The notes under the pieces: generated by a model
What the model saw: only the letters and a program-made list of their open reading frames with translations
The model's database searches: none
Told to the model about the DNA's origin: nothing
Translations under genes and position numbers: made by a program
Assembly (NCBI GenBank): GCA_965367815.1
Contig: CBDUKN010000005.1
Span: forward strand, 85,333-149,332
Source of the DNA: an uncultured Thermoprotei archaeon
GTDB taxonomy: Archaea > Thermoproteota > Thermoprotei > Thermofilales > B15-G2
Reading direction: 5' to 3'
Length of the DNA stretch: 64,000 nucleotides
Part shown: positions 9,494 to 18,809 of the stretch, piece by piece
Layout of the letters: every line of letters begins with the position of its first letter
Numbering within the stretch: position 1 is the stretch's first letter

Positions 9494-10030
9494 ATGTCTA
9501 CTGAAACTAAAAAGAAGAAGCTTGGAAGATTTCAAGTAATGGCGCTGCTTCAAGCAGCTCGCTTTTATGTACTGACAGGAGACTTAAAGAAGGCCTACTC
9601 TTTTGGCTTAAATAGAGCTATTTTCTACGCTTGGGCAAAGTATTATGGGCGTTTTGCTCCGCGAAAAAGAGCCATAAAGAAGGGAGAAGAAGTAGTTACT
9701 GTGAAGGAGGGAGACAAGTACATGGCTTATGTAGGCAATGAGGGCGCGTTCATAACTAGGAACGGCTGGTTTATTATCGGAGATAAGGAACAGAGGCCTG
9801 AGGACTATGAAAGAGAGATAATAGCCAAAATAAATAGCGTAGTTCCCTACGAAGAAGCGTGGAAAGTCGCAGTAGAGTATGTAAAACAGTTCAGTAAAAG
9901 TGTTCTATTAGACCAGCAGAAATTCTATGAGAGAGTGTACAAGCCTGTGAGAGATAGTTTTCTAGAGCTTATGGAAAGATATAAGAAAGCTAAAAAGAGC
10001 ACGCTTGAAGAGTTTTTCGGAGGAAGCTAA
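9494..10030 (+). CDS. Conserved hypothetical protein of thermophiles
   Basis: GRFQVMALLQAAR...GLNRAIFYAWAK; 178-aa basic ORF. Confidence 0.7.
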   Translation: MSTETKKKKLGRFQVMALLQAARFYVLTGDLKKAYSFGLNRAIFYAWAKYYGRFAPRKRAIKKGEEVVTVKEGDKYMAYVGNEGAFITRNGWFIIGDKEQRPEDYEREIIAKINSVVPYEEAWKVAVEYVKQFSKSVLLDQQKFYERVYKPVRDSFLELMERYKKAKKSTLEEFFGGS

Positions 10031-10092
10031 AGTAAAAGACATGGTAATTTACTTAGTAGAATTCTCATGTAGCAAGGGAAGTTGGTGAAAAT

Positions 10093-10845
10093 ATGGAAGA
10101 GTGGACAAAAGACCTCTTAGAGTTTTGGTATACTCACGTAGGAGACCCCTTCGATATAACTAAGGATCTAGGTGTTCTTAGACTAGAGTTCCTTAAGCAA
10201 CGTTTTAAACGCATACTCAATAAACTCAAAATAAGTTTAAATGAGGAGTCTAAAGTACTTTCAGTCTTAGCAGGAACAGGGGTAGATGCCTTTGCTTTAG
10301 CAGAAACCTACGGCTGTAGAGTAGTGTGCGTAGAGTATTTGCAGAGTCTCGCTGAAAAAGGCAAGAAGTATGCTAAAAAGAATAGACTTAGAGTAGAGTT
10401 TATTGTAGGAGACGCAAAAAAGCTAGTAAATTTAATAGATGAAAAAGACTTCGACTTAGCAATACTATGGGGCAATTCTCTTCCCCACATCGACATATAT
10501 AGCTTAGACAAGATCGCGTCTCAAGTAAACCAAGTACTGGCTGACTCTTCACCATTTTTGTTAGAGTACTTTGAGTCTGTGTACAGCAGAGAATATAGAT
10601 TTGTTACTGCAGAGTTCGACCAGTATCCTATGATAAGTATTCATTTAGACTTCAATCCAATGAAGGGATGTGCTAATAGGCTGCTATTGTGCTTTAAGGA
10701 AAATGGTCTTTGTGAATACATCAAGTACCCCTATTTCACCTGGAGTCCCTGGATAGTAGAGTATGTACTTAGAAAAACAGGCTTCGGCGAAGTCGTAACA
10801 ATAATCGACGAAGGAGCTTATGTTACGGCTGGGTGGAAGACTTAA
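10093..10845 (+). CDS. Class I SAM-dependent methyltransferase
   Basis: VLSVLAGTG motif I; VGDAK; FDLAILWGNSLPH. Confidence 0.85.
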   Translation: MEEWTKDLLEFWYTHVGDPFDITKDLGVLRLEFLKQRFKRILNKLKISLNEESKVLSVLAGTGVDAFALAETYGCRVVCVEYLQSLAEKGKKYAKKNRLRVEFIVGDAKKLVNLIDEKDFDLAILWGNSLPHIDIYSLDKIASQVNQVLADSSPFLLEYFESVYSREYRFVTAEFDQYPMISIHLDFNPMKGCANRLLLCFKENGLCEYIKYPYFTWSPWIVEYVLRKTGFGEVVTIIDEGAYVTAGWKT

Positions 10846-10880
10846 GATATATTTAAATAAAGTACTCGTTTTTCAATAAA

Positions 10881-12455
10881 GTGAGAGGCTTCGCTTTAGT
10901 TAACTGCACTGTTTATTCTCCTGAAGAAAAGTATGAGGCAGTAGCGGTACTCGGAAACAAAGTCCTCAAAGTGAGTTGCGAGAAAGAAATCCTTAGATTA
11001 TCGAGAGCACTTAGCCTTAAAGTATATGACTTAAATGGAGCAGTTGTTTTACCAGGATTTATTGATGCGCATCTACATCTAGCTGGCCTGGGCTTTTCTT
11101 TAGCTCAGCTGGACTTAAGGAATGTGACTTCTATCGAGGAGCTTAAAAAGCTAGTTGCCAAAGAAGTCTCTAAAAAGCCTCCAGGGGCATGGATTCTTGG
11201 ACGAGGGTGGGATCAAGAAAAATTTGCTGAGAAAAGATATCCTACGCGCTGGGATCTAGATGAAGTCGCTCCAAGAAATCCTGTCTTCTTGAAACGTGTA
11301 TGCGGACACGTAGCTGTAACTAATTCACTTGCACTAAGAATAGCCGGAATATCTAAGAAGACTCCTAATCCTCCAGGAGGAGTAATAGATAGAGATGAAG
11401 CCGGCGAGCCTACAGGAATTCTTAGAGAAGCAGCACTTGATTTCATCTACCGAGTTATAGTCCAGAAGCCTGAAGAATATGTAGATGCTGTCAAGAGAGC
11501 ATCACTTAAGCTATTATCCGAGGGAGTAACCTGTGTAGCGGCTGTTTCATGTGACTTCAATGAACTAAAAGCACTGTTTCAGCTCAGTAGCAAAAGTGAA
11601 CTCTTTCTCAAAGTAAGAGCTTACGTCAACTACTCTACTTTTGTTAAGCTAAAAGACATTGTTCCACCAGATATTTCACTGAAGCCAGTAAGTCTAGCTG
11701 GAGTCAAGCTACTTCTCGACGGCAGCTTAGGAGGAAGAACTGCGTTCCTCAGAGAACCCTATTCAGACAATCCCTCAACACGCGGAGTACTATTGGTGAA
11801 TAAAGCTAAGCTAGAAGAGATTCTAAGAGAAGTTTCTCGCTACAGATGGCAGCCAGCAGTTCATGTAATAGGTGACGCTGCTCTCGAAGTATATTTAGAT
11901 GTGTTAAAGAAAGTGAAGCTTCCTAGGCCCCGTGCCGAACATGCTTCGCTTACACCTCCTGACTTACTAGATTTAATGAGCGAGCTAAAAGTAACACCTG
12001 TTGTTCAGCCTCACTTTATTGTATCCGACTTCTGGGTTGTAGAGAGATTAGGTGATAGAGCAAAATATATCTATGCGTTTAAATCTATGCTTAAAAAGGG
12101 TCTGAAAATAGCTTTTTCAACAGATGCTCCCGTAGAGCCTTCAAATCCGCTACAGACAGTAGAGGCTGCTATAACCCGAGGACAAGGTGTCGTTAAATTA
12201 TCTGAAATAACTCCACAAGAAAAACTAACAGTACAAGAAGCGCTGAATGCTTATACTGTTGGAAGTGCTTACGCGTGTAGAATAGAAAACTACTATGGAA
12301 AAATTAAAGAAGAATATTCAGCAGACTTAGTTATCTTAGACAAAGATCCACATAAAGTAAATACACGTGAAATTTCTTCAATAAAAGTGCTAGCAACTAT
12401 TGTTGAAGGAAGAGTAGCTTACGGAACACTAGATTTAAAGAGGCTTGAGGAGTAG
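10881..12455 (+). CDS. Amidohydrolase (YtcJ-like, Amidohydro_3)
   Basis: PGFIDAHLH, GRGWD, KLLLDGSLGGRTA, HVIGD, EHAS, STDAPV. Confidence 0.92.
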   Translation: MRGFALVNCTVYSPEEKYEAVAVLGNKVLKVSCEKEILRLSRALSLKVYDLNGAVVLPGFIDAHLHLAGLGFSLAQLDLRNVTSIEELKKLVAKEVSKKPPGAWILGRGWDQEKFAEKRYPTRWDLDEVAPRNPVFLKRVCGHVAVTNSLALRIAGISKKTPNPPGGVIDRDEAGEPTGILREAALDFIYRVIVQKPEEYVDAVKRASLKLLSEGVTCVAAVSCDFNELKALFQLSSKSELFLKVRAYVNYSTFVKLKDIVPPDISLKPVSLAGVKLLLDGSLGGRTAFLREPYSDNPSTRGVLLVNKAKLEEILREVSRYRWQPAVHVIGDAALEVYLDVLKKVKLPRPRAEHASLTPPDLLDLMSELKVTPVVQPHFIVSDFWVVERLGDRAKYIYAFKSMLKKGLKIAFSTDAPVEPSNPLQTVEAAITRGQGVVKLSEITPQEKLTVQEALNAYTVGSAYACRIENYYGKIKEEYSADLVILDKDPHKVNTREISSIKVLATIVEGRVAYGTLDLKRLEE

Positions 12456-12933
12456 CTGTACTGTGAGTACTGTTTACTCTTCTATTATTTTAAAGAACAT
12501 TGATATTCCTTCAACACTAGTATTAAGGAGAAGTACTTTGGATGAGCTCAAAAGTATTGTCGAGAAAGAGTATCCTTTAGAAATATGTGGAGTCTTAGCT
12601 GGTAAAATAGTCGACAAAAGGGCTTTTGTAGAAGAATATAAAATTCTCGAAAATATTTTAGAGTCTAGTACTAGATTTTGGTTTGATGAAAGAAAATGGA
12701 TGGAAACTGTATGTGAATTTAAAAGAAAAGGATTAGAGTACATAGGTCTATTTCACAGCCACCCTGATGGATCTGTGCTACCCTCACTGGCTGACCGCCA
12801 CCGTATGATGGAGTGTCCCGGAGAAATATGGCTTATTCTAGCTTACTCACCTAAAAAAGGATTTGATATATGCGCGTGGGTTATATCCGACTATATATCT
12901 TCATTTAGTAAGGTGAACTTAGTTATAACGTAA
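12445..12933 (+). CDS. JAB/MPN (M67) metalloisopeptidase
   Basis: EICGVL...FHSHP....PSLAD JAMM motif; start uncertain. Confidence 0.85.
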   Translation: MRSSCTVSTVYSSIILKNIDIPSTLVLRRSTLDELKSIVEKEYPLEICGVLAGKIVDKRAFVEEYKILENILESSTRFWFDERKWMETVCEFKRKGLEYIGLFHSHPDGSVLPSLADRHRMMECPGEIWLILAYSPKKGFDICAWVISDYISSFSKVNLVIT

Positions 12934-12999
12934 AGCCTAAAACTTTTAAAATGTTTTCTCCAAAGAAGCGTTCTCTTTCTCTAAAATTTTTTATATCTC

Positions 13000-13725
13000 T
13001 TGAATAATCCAGTCAACGTGTATTTCATCGACGTACCACTGTCTCCGGTATTAAGCTTTCTCTCGTTTACCCTACTGCTAGATCTCTATGTTTATGCACG
13101 GAGACTTCCTGCTGCAATATACACTATTTTGCCTCTCGGATTAATGTTCTTCTCTTTTGTATCATGCTTGTCTAGAGAATTAGACCACTTTCTCTCTTTT
13201 CTTTCCCTCATAGTAGTTTTACTAGCTCTTATTGCGGAGAACCCATTTGCTATTATTCCTACTACACACTATCTATATTTTGCATTTATGTTATCCTTAT
13301 TCAATATCTTAATCTTACCGTGTATGTTTTTAACAACACTTTTAAGTGAGATATATGCGCTAGTATTTTCTTATGTATACTTAGTAACAGTCATTCTATC
13401 AAATATTCTGGTGCTACTATTTTTATCAGCAGCAGTACACTTTGATAAACATATAAAGGTTACTAAAAGGCATTTATTCTTAGCAGCAATACTCGCTATA
13501 GTGACATATTCATTAGCTATCATCAAATTAGTGCTATACAGAGCATTTTTAATGCCATTAAGTTTCTATGCATCACTGATAGCCTCTCTCTTTTCTTTTC
13601 CTATGTCCATTTTAAGTACAGCCTTTGCTTTATATCATATACCTCCTCTTGTACTGGATTTCTTAAAGCTTTTTTACAATATAACCTATAAGTTAGTATT
13701 CAGGCATGTTGCAAGACTAAGGTAA
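13000..13725 (+). CDS. Hypothetical multi-pass membrane protein
   Basis: 241-aa hydrophobic ORF with no competing ORF on the opposite strand. Confidence 0.55.
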   Translation: MNNPVNVYFIDVPLSPVLSFLSFTLLLDLYVYARRLPAAIYTILPLGLMFFSFVSCLSRELDHFLSFLSLIVVLLALIAENPFAIIPTTHYLYFAFMLSLFNILILPCMFLTTLLSEIYALVFSYVYLVTVILSNILVLLFLSAAVHFDKHIKVTKRHLFLAAILAIVTYSLAIIKLVLYRAFLMPLSFYASLIASLFSFPMSILSTAFALYHIPPLVLDFLKLFYNITYKLVFRHVARLR

Positions 13726-14140
13726 AAACAGCGTAAGACTTACTTCTGGTTCTTTCCTTTTTAGCCACTACTTTACAGTTAAGTAATGTTTTAAAGTATC
13801 CTTCAAGAATGCCTTTAGCTAAGGCTTCTTCCATGCTGTTTGTTGCGCGGGAAGCTTTAATTTTTATTCCTTCGTCTGAAGAAATAAGAGAGAATCTAAA
13901 TAGCCTTATTTTAGATAAATAAGGTAGAGTTTTTAAAGCATCTCCTATATTAAAGGTTTTTTCTGACTTTAATTTTTCTGCAAATTTTTCTCCTAGACAT
14001 CTACCGAGGTACCATGCTACTATGTAGGCGTCTGCACCTATTTTTGCTTCCATTGATGACAATGCCTCTTTGAGTAACTTACATAAGTTAATTTTCATTT
14101 TCTTTGCACTTCCTGCTGCATTATTGCTAGTTATTCTCAC
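13700..14140 (-). CDS. Hypothetical V4R/HNOX-like small protein
   Basis: WYLGRCLGEKFA...AKGILEGYF pattern; start may be at 14098. Confidence 0.45.
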   Translation of the reverse strand: MRITSNNAAGSAKKMKINLCKLLKEALSSMEAKIGADAYIVAWYLGRCLGEKFAEKLKSEKTFNIGDALKTLPYLSKIRLFRFSLISSDEGIKIKASRATNSMEEALAKGILEGYFKTLLNCKVVAKKERTRSKSYAVFTLVLQHA

Positions 14141-14220
14141 TTTAATAGCTCTAATCTAGCCTAATATTTAAATCTGCGCACGAAGTTCTTTTAGTATTTT
14201 CTAAGTTTTGGGTTATTGTG

Positions 14221-14565
14221 CTAACTTTCATAAATATTGCTTTGGGATTTATGCATTGACCGAAAATAATCTAGAAGAAGCTTTAGGGCGTCTTCTTTAC
14301 TCATATCTTTTACTTCAATTATTTTTGTTTTCTTTTTACAGCCATATGTTATTTCTATTCTGTTTTGAGGAAAACCTATTTTTACTAGAAATCTTTTTAG
14401 CGCAGCATTTAGTCTTCCTGCCACATCTACCTCTGGAGTAGTGAATACGAGGTCCCCGCCCTCTAGCAGTAGTTTTTCTTCTTTTTCTTCGCTTTTAACA
14501 ATTACTTTGAATCTTAAGCCCTGTTTTGTTTCTTCAATAAGCTTAATCAGTTCTCTTTCACTCAC
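14221..14565 (-). CDS. DUF167/UPF0235-like protein
   Basis: FKVIVK...GRLNAALKRFL...IEITYG...KTKIIEV. Confidence 0.65.
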   Translation of the reverse strand: MSERELIKLIEETKQGLRFKVIVKSEEKEEKLLLEGGDLVFTTPEVDVAGRLNAALKRFLVKIGFPQNRIEITYGCKKKTKIIEVKDMSKEDALKLLLDYFRSMHKSQSNIYES

Positions 14566-16507
14566 GAGTCTCGACCTCTAAAGCCTTTTCTTCTACTTTC
14601 TCGAATACTTCTGGTACAGGTACTGCTCTAGCCATTTCTCTTACGATATCCATTTTACATACTGTTCCGACGAGTTTCCCTTCTTCATCAAATACTGGTA
14701 GTCCGTCTACGCCTTCTTCGATCATTAATTCTATTGCCTTAGCTACACTGTCTTTAAGGAGTATTTTTGCTTTTACTGGTATACAGGCGTCCTGCGCTGT
14801 TAGCGGAAGAATCCTTATGTATCTGGCTATCTTTTTACCTGCCTTTATTAGTTTTCTAGTCCACATGATTAAGACAGCTTTTCTTCCCTTAAGGTACTCC
14901 TCTATTGGAGTAAATACCAGTTTGCTCTCAGATATTACTCCTATAACATTATTTCCTTCAGCTACTGTGACTGCATCTAAGCCAAGTGATCTCATTTTTC
15001 TGAGCACGTGGAGAAGCGAGTGATGCGGATGCACAATGCTGTATTCTCTAGGCATAACAATGTTTTCTACTAACGGAATATCTCTTGAGTGTTTAAGGTA
15101 CGCTTTTACTAAATCGTCTTTAGTTACTAAACCGATAACGTTTCCTTGTTCGTCTTCTACAAATACTGCATCTACGTCGTTAGCTACCATTTGGTAAGCT
15201 ATTTCTTCAAGAGTAGCGTCTTTTTTAACTCTGGGGATATCTTTTTCGACTATCTCTTCTACTAGTGCTGGTTTTTCTAAGAAAGTTATACCAAAGCGCG
15301 TTTTCATAACGGGTTCTGCGTAAGGCTTAGGTCTCTTCCAGTATCTGCCTCTTTCAGCAATGTAGTATAGGATATCTCTTTTAGATACTATTCCTACAAT
15401 GTTTCCCGTGTCGTCTACTACAATGCAGTGAGAGACTTTATACCTTAGTAGAGTTTTACGGCAGTGTTCTAAAGTGTCCTTAGTGTATACTACTGGTATG
15501 TCTGTTCTGATAATATCTTCAGCTGTTATTCCTGTTTTCTTGGGTGCAACTTTTCTAGGTACAGCTACTAATTGAAGTAAGGTGCCTGTTGATTCTCTTA
15601 CAATGCCTTCTGAGTAAGCTTCGATTGGTATTGGTGCAGGTACTGGAGTAACAGGAACTCTTTCTGGTTTCCTTCCTTCAATGTAGGCTCTGGCAATGTC
15701 TTCTATTGTTATAATGCCCACTAGCTTCTCGTTTTCATCTATTACTGGCAGAACACTTGTTCTAGTTTTGACCATGAAGTCGGCTACGACGCTTACAGGT
15801 GTATCGAGGGTGACTAGCGGTATACCTCTTCTCATAAGTTTGAAGGCTTTCATTACATAAGCTACTTTAGGTCCTCGAGACAGTATTTCTTGCTTTGCTT
15901 CTCTCTTAAAGAACCATCTACTTGTTTCAATAAAGTCTTCAGGAGTTATTATGCCCTGTATTTTGCCTTCAGAGCTCAAAACTACTGCGGCCTTAGCGCC
16001 GTAGCCTACAATACGCCACCAGATTCTATCTACTCTTTCTTTGCCGCTGCATACCATTACTTTCTCTTCTTCCTCTAAGCTAGTGTATACTTCGGCTACG
16101 CTTTTTGCACGAGGCTCTACTCCGCTTTCTTTAAGTTTCTCAACTATGTCGAAAAGAGAAACTGTGCCAACTACTTTGCGCTCAAAAGGAGATGTAACTA
16201 CTAGTGCTTCTTCTAAGCCGAACTCAACCATTATTTTATAAGCTTCCTCAATAGACATTTCGGGTGTTAAAAGAGGGTGTTCGCGGACAACATCTCTAAC
16301 CGTAATTCTAGATTTCTTAGTAGTTGCAATTAATACATCATGTAAAGTAATAAAACCTACGCAGTTGTCGCTAAACGGATCCCTATATACTGGGGCGACT
16401 TTAAGCATAAGTCTCCTAAACACACGTCTACAGTCTACAAGCCTCTCGCTCAGAAGAATACGTACGCCGAGAGGAACAACTATGTCTTTTATTTTCATGA
16501 AATCCAC
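14558..16507 (-). CDS. Large multi-CBS-domain protein (Dri-like candidate)
   Basis: About eight CBS repeats (VGTVSLFDI, GIITPEDF, LPVID..LVGIIT.EDI, VGIVSKRDI, GLVTKDDL, LPVFD..LVGTVCKMDI) in two lobes joined by a Pro-rich linker. Confidence 0.85.
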   Translation of the reverse strand: MDFMKIKDIVVPLGVRILLSERLVDCRRVFRRLMLKVAPVYRDPFSDNCVGFITLHDVLIATTKKSRITVRDVVREHPLLTPEMSIEEAYKIMVEFGLEEALVVTSPFERKVVGTVSLFDIVEKLKESGVEPRAKSVAEVYTSLEEEEKVMVCSGKERVDRIWWRIVGYGAKAAVVLSSEGKIQGIITPEDFIETSRWFFKREAKQEILSRGPKVAYVMKAFKLMRRGIPLVTLDTPVSVVADFMVKTRTSVLPVIDENEKLVGIITIEDIARAYIEGRKPERVPVTPVPAPIPIEAYSEGIVRESTGTLLQLVAVPRKVAPKKTGITAEDIIRTDIPVVYTKDTLEHCRKTLLRYKVSHCIVVDDTGNIVGIVSKRDILYYIAERGRYWKRPKPYAEPVMKTRFGITFLEKPALVEEIVEKDIPRVKKDATLEEIAYQMVANDVDAVFVEDEQGNVIGLVTKDDLVKAYLKHSRDIPLVENIVMPREYSIVHPHHSLLHVLRKMRSLGLDAVTVAEGNNVIGVISESKLVFTPIEEYLKGRKAVLIMWTRKLIKAGKKIARYIRILPLTAQDACIPVKAKILLKDSVAKAIELMIEEGVDGLPVFDEEGKLVGTVCKMDIVREMARAVPVPEVFEKVEEKALEVETRE

Positions 16508-16557
16508 CTTCTTTTGAAGAAGACTTGGAGAAATTTAAATTTTCTGTATACTTTCTC

Positions 16558-17049
16558 TCAGACGAATTTTAGCAAAGTTTTCTTATGTAAAATACCAGCG
16601 GGGCCTGGCTTAATGGATTCGACTTCAATGTTTACCCATACTTTCTCTGAGTGAAGATATACGGCGGCAGTGCCTTTAGTGCAAAGAGGAGTTCCTGTAA
16701 GAAGACCTTTCAGCATTTTTAGTTCTCTTAGCTTTAATTTCTTTCCTTCGGGCAGAACTAGTCGTAATGAAATTTCTTCTGCTAAGCAGCTATTTGTTTT
16801 CTCGAGAATTACTGCGCTGCTTACGTACCCATCGAAGCCGAGTGATCTCCAAGTATCCTGTGAAACTATAATCTCGTTTTCGCCGTCAAATGTTCCTCGA
16901 ATCCAGCATGCAGTCTTTTTCTTACCTCTCAGCACTACTACTTCTCCTGTCTTAAGCTTGAGATGCTTAGCTAGATCTTTCGATACTTTAACGTACATTC
17001 CTGACCTTTTCTCTTTTCTTATTTTTCTGACTAGTGCTGCTTGATGCAT
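16558..17049 (-). CDS. Stand-alone CDC48/VAT N-terminal-domain-like protein
   Basis: LKLKTGEVVVLRGKKKTAC double-psi-barrel-like segment; VESIKPGPAGILHKKT; no Walker A. Confidence 0.55.
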   Translation of the reverse strand: MHQAALVRKIRKEKRSGMYVKVSKDLAKHLKLKTGEVVVLRGKKKTACWIRGTFDGENEIIVSQDTWRSLGFDGYVSSAVILEKTNSCLAEEISLRLVLPEGKKLKLRELKMLKGLLTGTPLCTKGTAAVYLHSEKVWVNIEVESIKPGPAGILHKKTLLKFV

Positions 17050-17170
17050 AGTCTCACCTTAGCGGCGTTAGCTTCTGTAAAATCTCCAGAGACCCTTCAA
17101 ATACCTATATATAAATTTTACTGATGGATTCCAAGCTACTTTCATATACTACCAGTAATACTTCTTTCTC

Positions 17171-17494
17171 GTGATAACAATAGAAGATTTCGCGAAAATA
17201 GATTTGAGAGTAGGTATTGTTAAGAAAGCGAAAAGAATACCTGGGTACACTAAGCTACTTAAGCTAGAAGTTGATATAGGGTCTGAAGTAAGAACTCTTA
17301 TAGCAGGTATTGGTGAGAAGTATTCTCCTGAAGAATTAGTAGGGAAAAGAGTAATTGTAGTAGCTAATCTCAAGCCCAAGAAAATAGCTGGAGTAGAGAG
17401 CCAGGGAATGATTTTAGCTGCAGTTGACGATAGAAACAATATTTTCTTAGTAACGGTAGAAGGAGAAGCTCCTCCAGGAGCTAAGGTAAGATAG
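17171..17494 (+). CDS. tRNA-binding protein (Trbp111/CsaA/MetRS C-terminal domain)
   Basis: ITIEDFAKIDLRVG...VANLKPKKIAGVESQGMILAA. Confidence 0.93.
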   Translation: MITIEDFAKIDLRVGIVKKAKRIPGYTKLLKLEVDIGSEVRTLIAGIGEKYSPEELVGKRVIVVANLKPKKIAGVESQGMILAAVDDRNNIFLVTVEGEAPPGAKVR

Positions 17495-17496
17495 AC

Positions 17497-18021
17497 ATGG
17501 AAATCGAAGTCAAATTTAAAGTGGATAACTTAGGGGACCTGGAAAATAGGTTAAAGGAGCTTGGAGCAGTATTTAAGGGAACTGAAATCGAGGAAGACAT
17601 ATACTATCAGCATCCTTGCCGAGATTTCAGGCTAACAGATGAAGCTTTGAGACTTAGACGTACACCTAAAGCCTATGAACTTACCTATAAAGGTCCGAGA
17701 GCTCCCGGAAAACTTAAAGCTAGAGAAGAGATAGTTGTTGAAGTAAAAGACTTCGTGAAAGCAGATATTCTTCTAAGAAAACTCGGTTTCCGTAAAATAG
17801 CTGTTGTGAAGAAAACTAGGAGAAAATACATCTTAGGAAATAGAGAAATATGTTTAGATGAAGTAGAGGGTCTTGGAGAATTCATTGAAGTAGAGCTCCT
17901 TGTAGAGAAGTCTCTCAGCGAGGCTGAAAAAGAACTACTTGATTTCGCTAAGAAGCTAGGTATTAGCGGCGAACCTATTACTAAGTCGTATCTTGAACTT
18001 CTCTTAGAGAGGAGAACATGA
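17497..18021 (+). CDS. cyaB: Class IV adenylate cyclase-like (CYTH) protein
   Basis: EIEVKF; DIYY.HP.RDF..TDEALRLR; LDEVEGLGEFIEVE; SYLELL. Confidence 0.9.
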   Translation: MEIEVKFKVDNLGDLENRLKELGAVFKGTEIEEDIYYQHPCRDFRLTDEALRLRRTPKAYELTYKGPRAPGKLKAREEIVVEVKDFVKADILLRKLGFRKIAVVKKTRRKYILGNREICLDEVEGLGEFIEVELLVEKSLSEAEKELLDFAKKLGISGEPITKSYLELLLERRT

Positions 18022-18809
18022 AGGCTCTTATCGCGGGCTGGAGAGATCTCTCAACTGTAGATATTATAGGTGAGCCTTGTTTTACGGCATGGTTCTGTGG
18101 CTGTAACTTTAGATGCCCTTGGTGTCAAAACTGGCCTATTGTAGAGTGCCGTGACTGCCGCGAAGTAGAAGTCAGTTATATTGCTGAAAAAGCCTTGAAG
18201 TCAAAAATGCTTGTAGATTTTATTCACGTTACTGGAGGAGAGCCTACACTTCAGTACGAAGCTCTTTCAGAACTCTACCAGAGAGTAAAAGAGGGCGGCA
18301 TGAAAACTAGCCTGGATACTAATGGTGCTAAGCCTGAGGTAGTTGAGAGACTTGTGCCGTTGCTAGACCACTTGGCACTAGACATAAAAGCTCCTCTAAC
18401 AAACGTAGAGAAGTACGCTCAAGCAATAGGTCTTCCTGTAGAGCTAGTTGAAAGAAACCATATAGTCGATAAAGTTAAGAAGAGTCTTGAAATAGGTTTA
18501 AAACATTTAAGTAAAATTGAAATACGCTTTCCCGTAGTGCCCAAGATACACTCAGAGAGCGACGTCATCGAAGCCTTGCTTCAAGTAGCCGAAATAGTTG
18601 ATTCAGCAAAAGCCTGGAGTAAAGCAGTTTTCGTGCTGCAGCAGTATGTTCCTTCAGAAACAGTCCCCTCAGTTCTCTTTAGGAACGAGCCTATGACAGA
18701 TCCCGAGCTCTTGAGGAAAATTGCTCATAGAGCTCTAAGGGAGATAGACAGCTTAAATAAAGTGTATATTAGGACTATTGAGCGGGTCGAAAAAATAGAG
18801 AAATTTTAG
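18018..18809 (+). CDS. Radical SAM glycyl-radical activating enzyme (anaerobic RNR activase-like)
   Basis: FCGCNFRCPWCQN, TGGEPTLQ, LDTNG, LDIKAP. Confidence 0.85.
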   Translation: MKALIAGWRDLSTVDIIGEPCFTAWFCGCNFRCPWCQNWPIVECRDCREVEVSYIAEKALKSKMLVDFIHVTGGEPTLQYEALSELYQRVKEGGMKTSLDTNGAKPEVVERLVPLLDHLALDIKAPLTNVEKYAQAIGLPVELVERNHIVDKVKKSLEIGLKHLSKIEIRFPVVPKIHSESDVIEALLQVAEIVDSAKAWSKAVFVLQQYVPSETVPSVLFRNEPMTDPELLRKIAHRALREIDSLNKVYIRTIERVEKIEKF

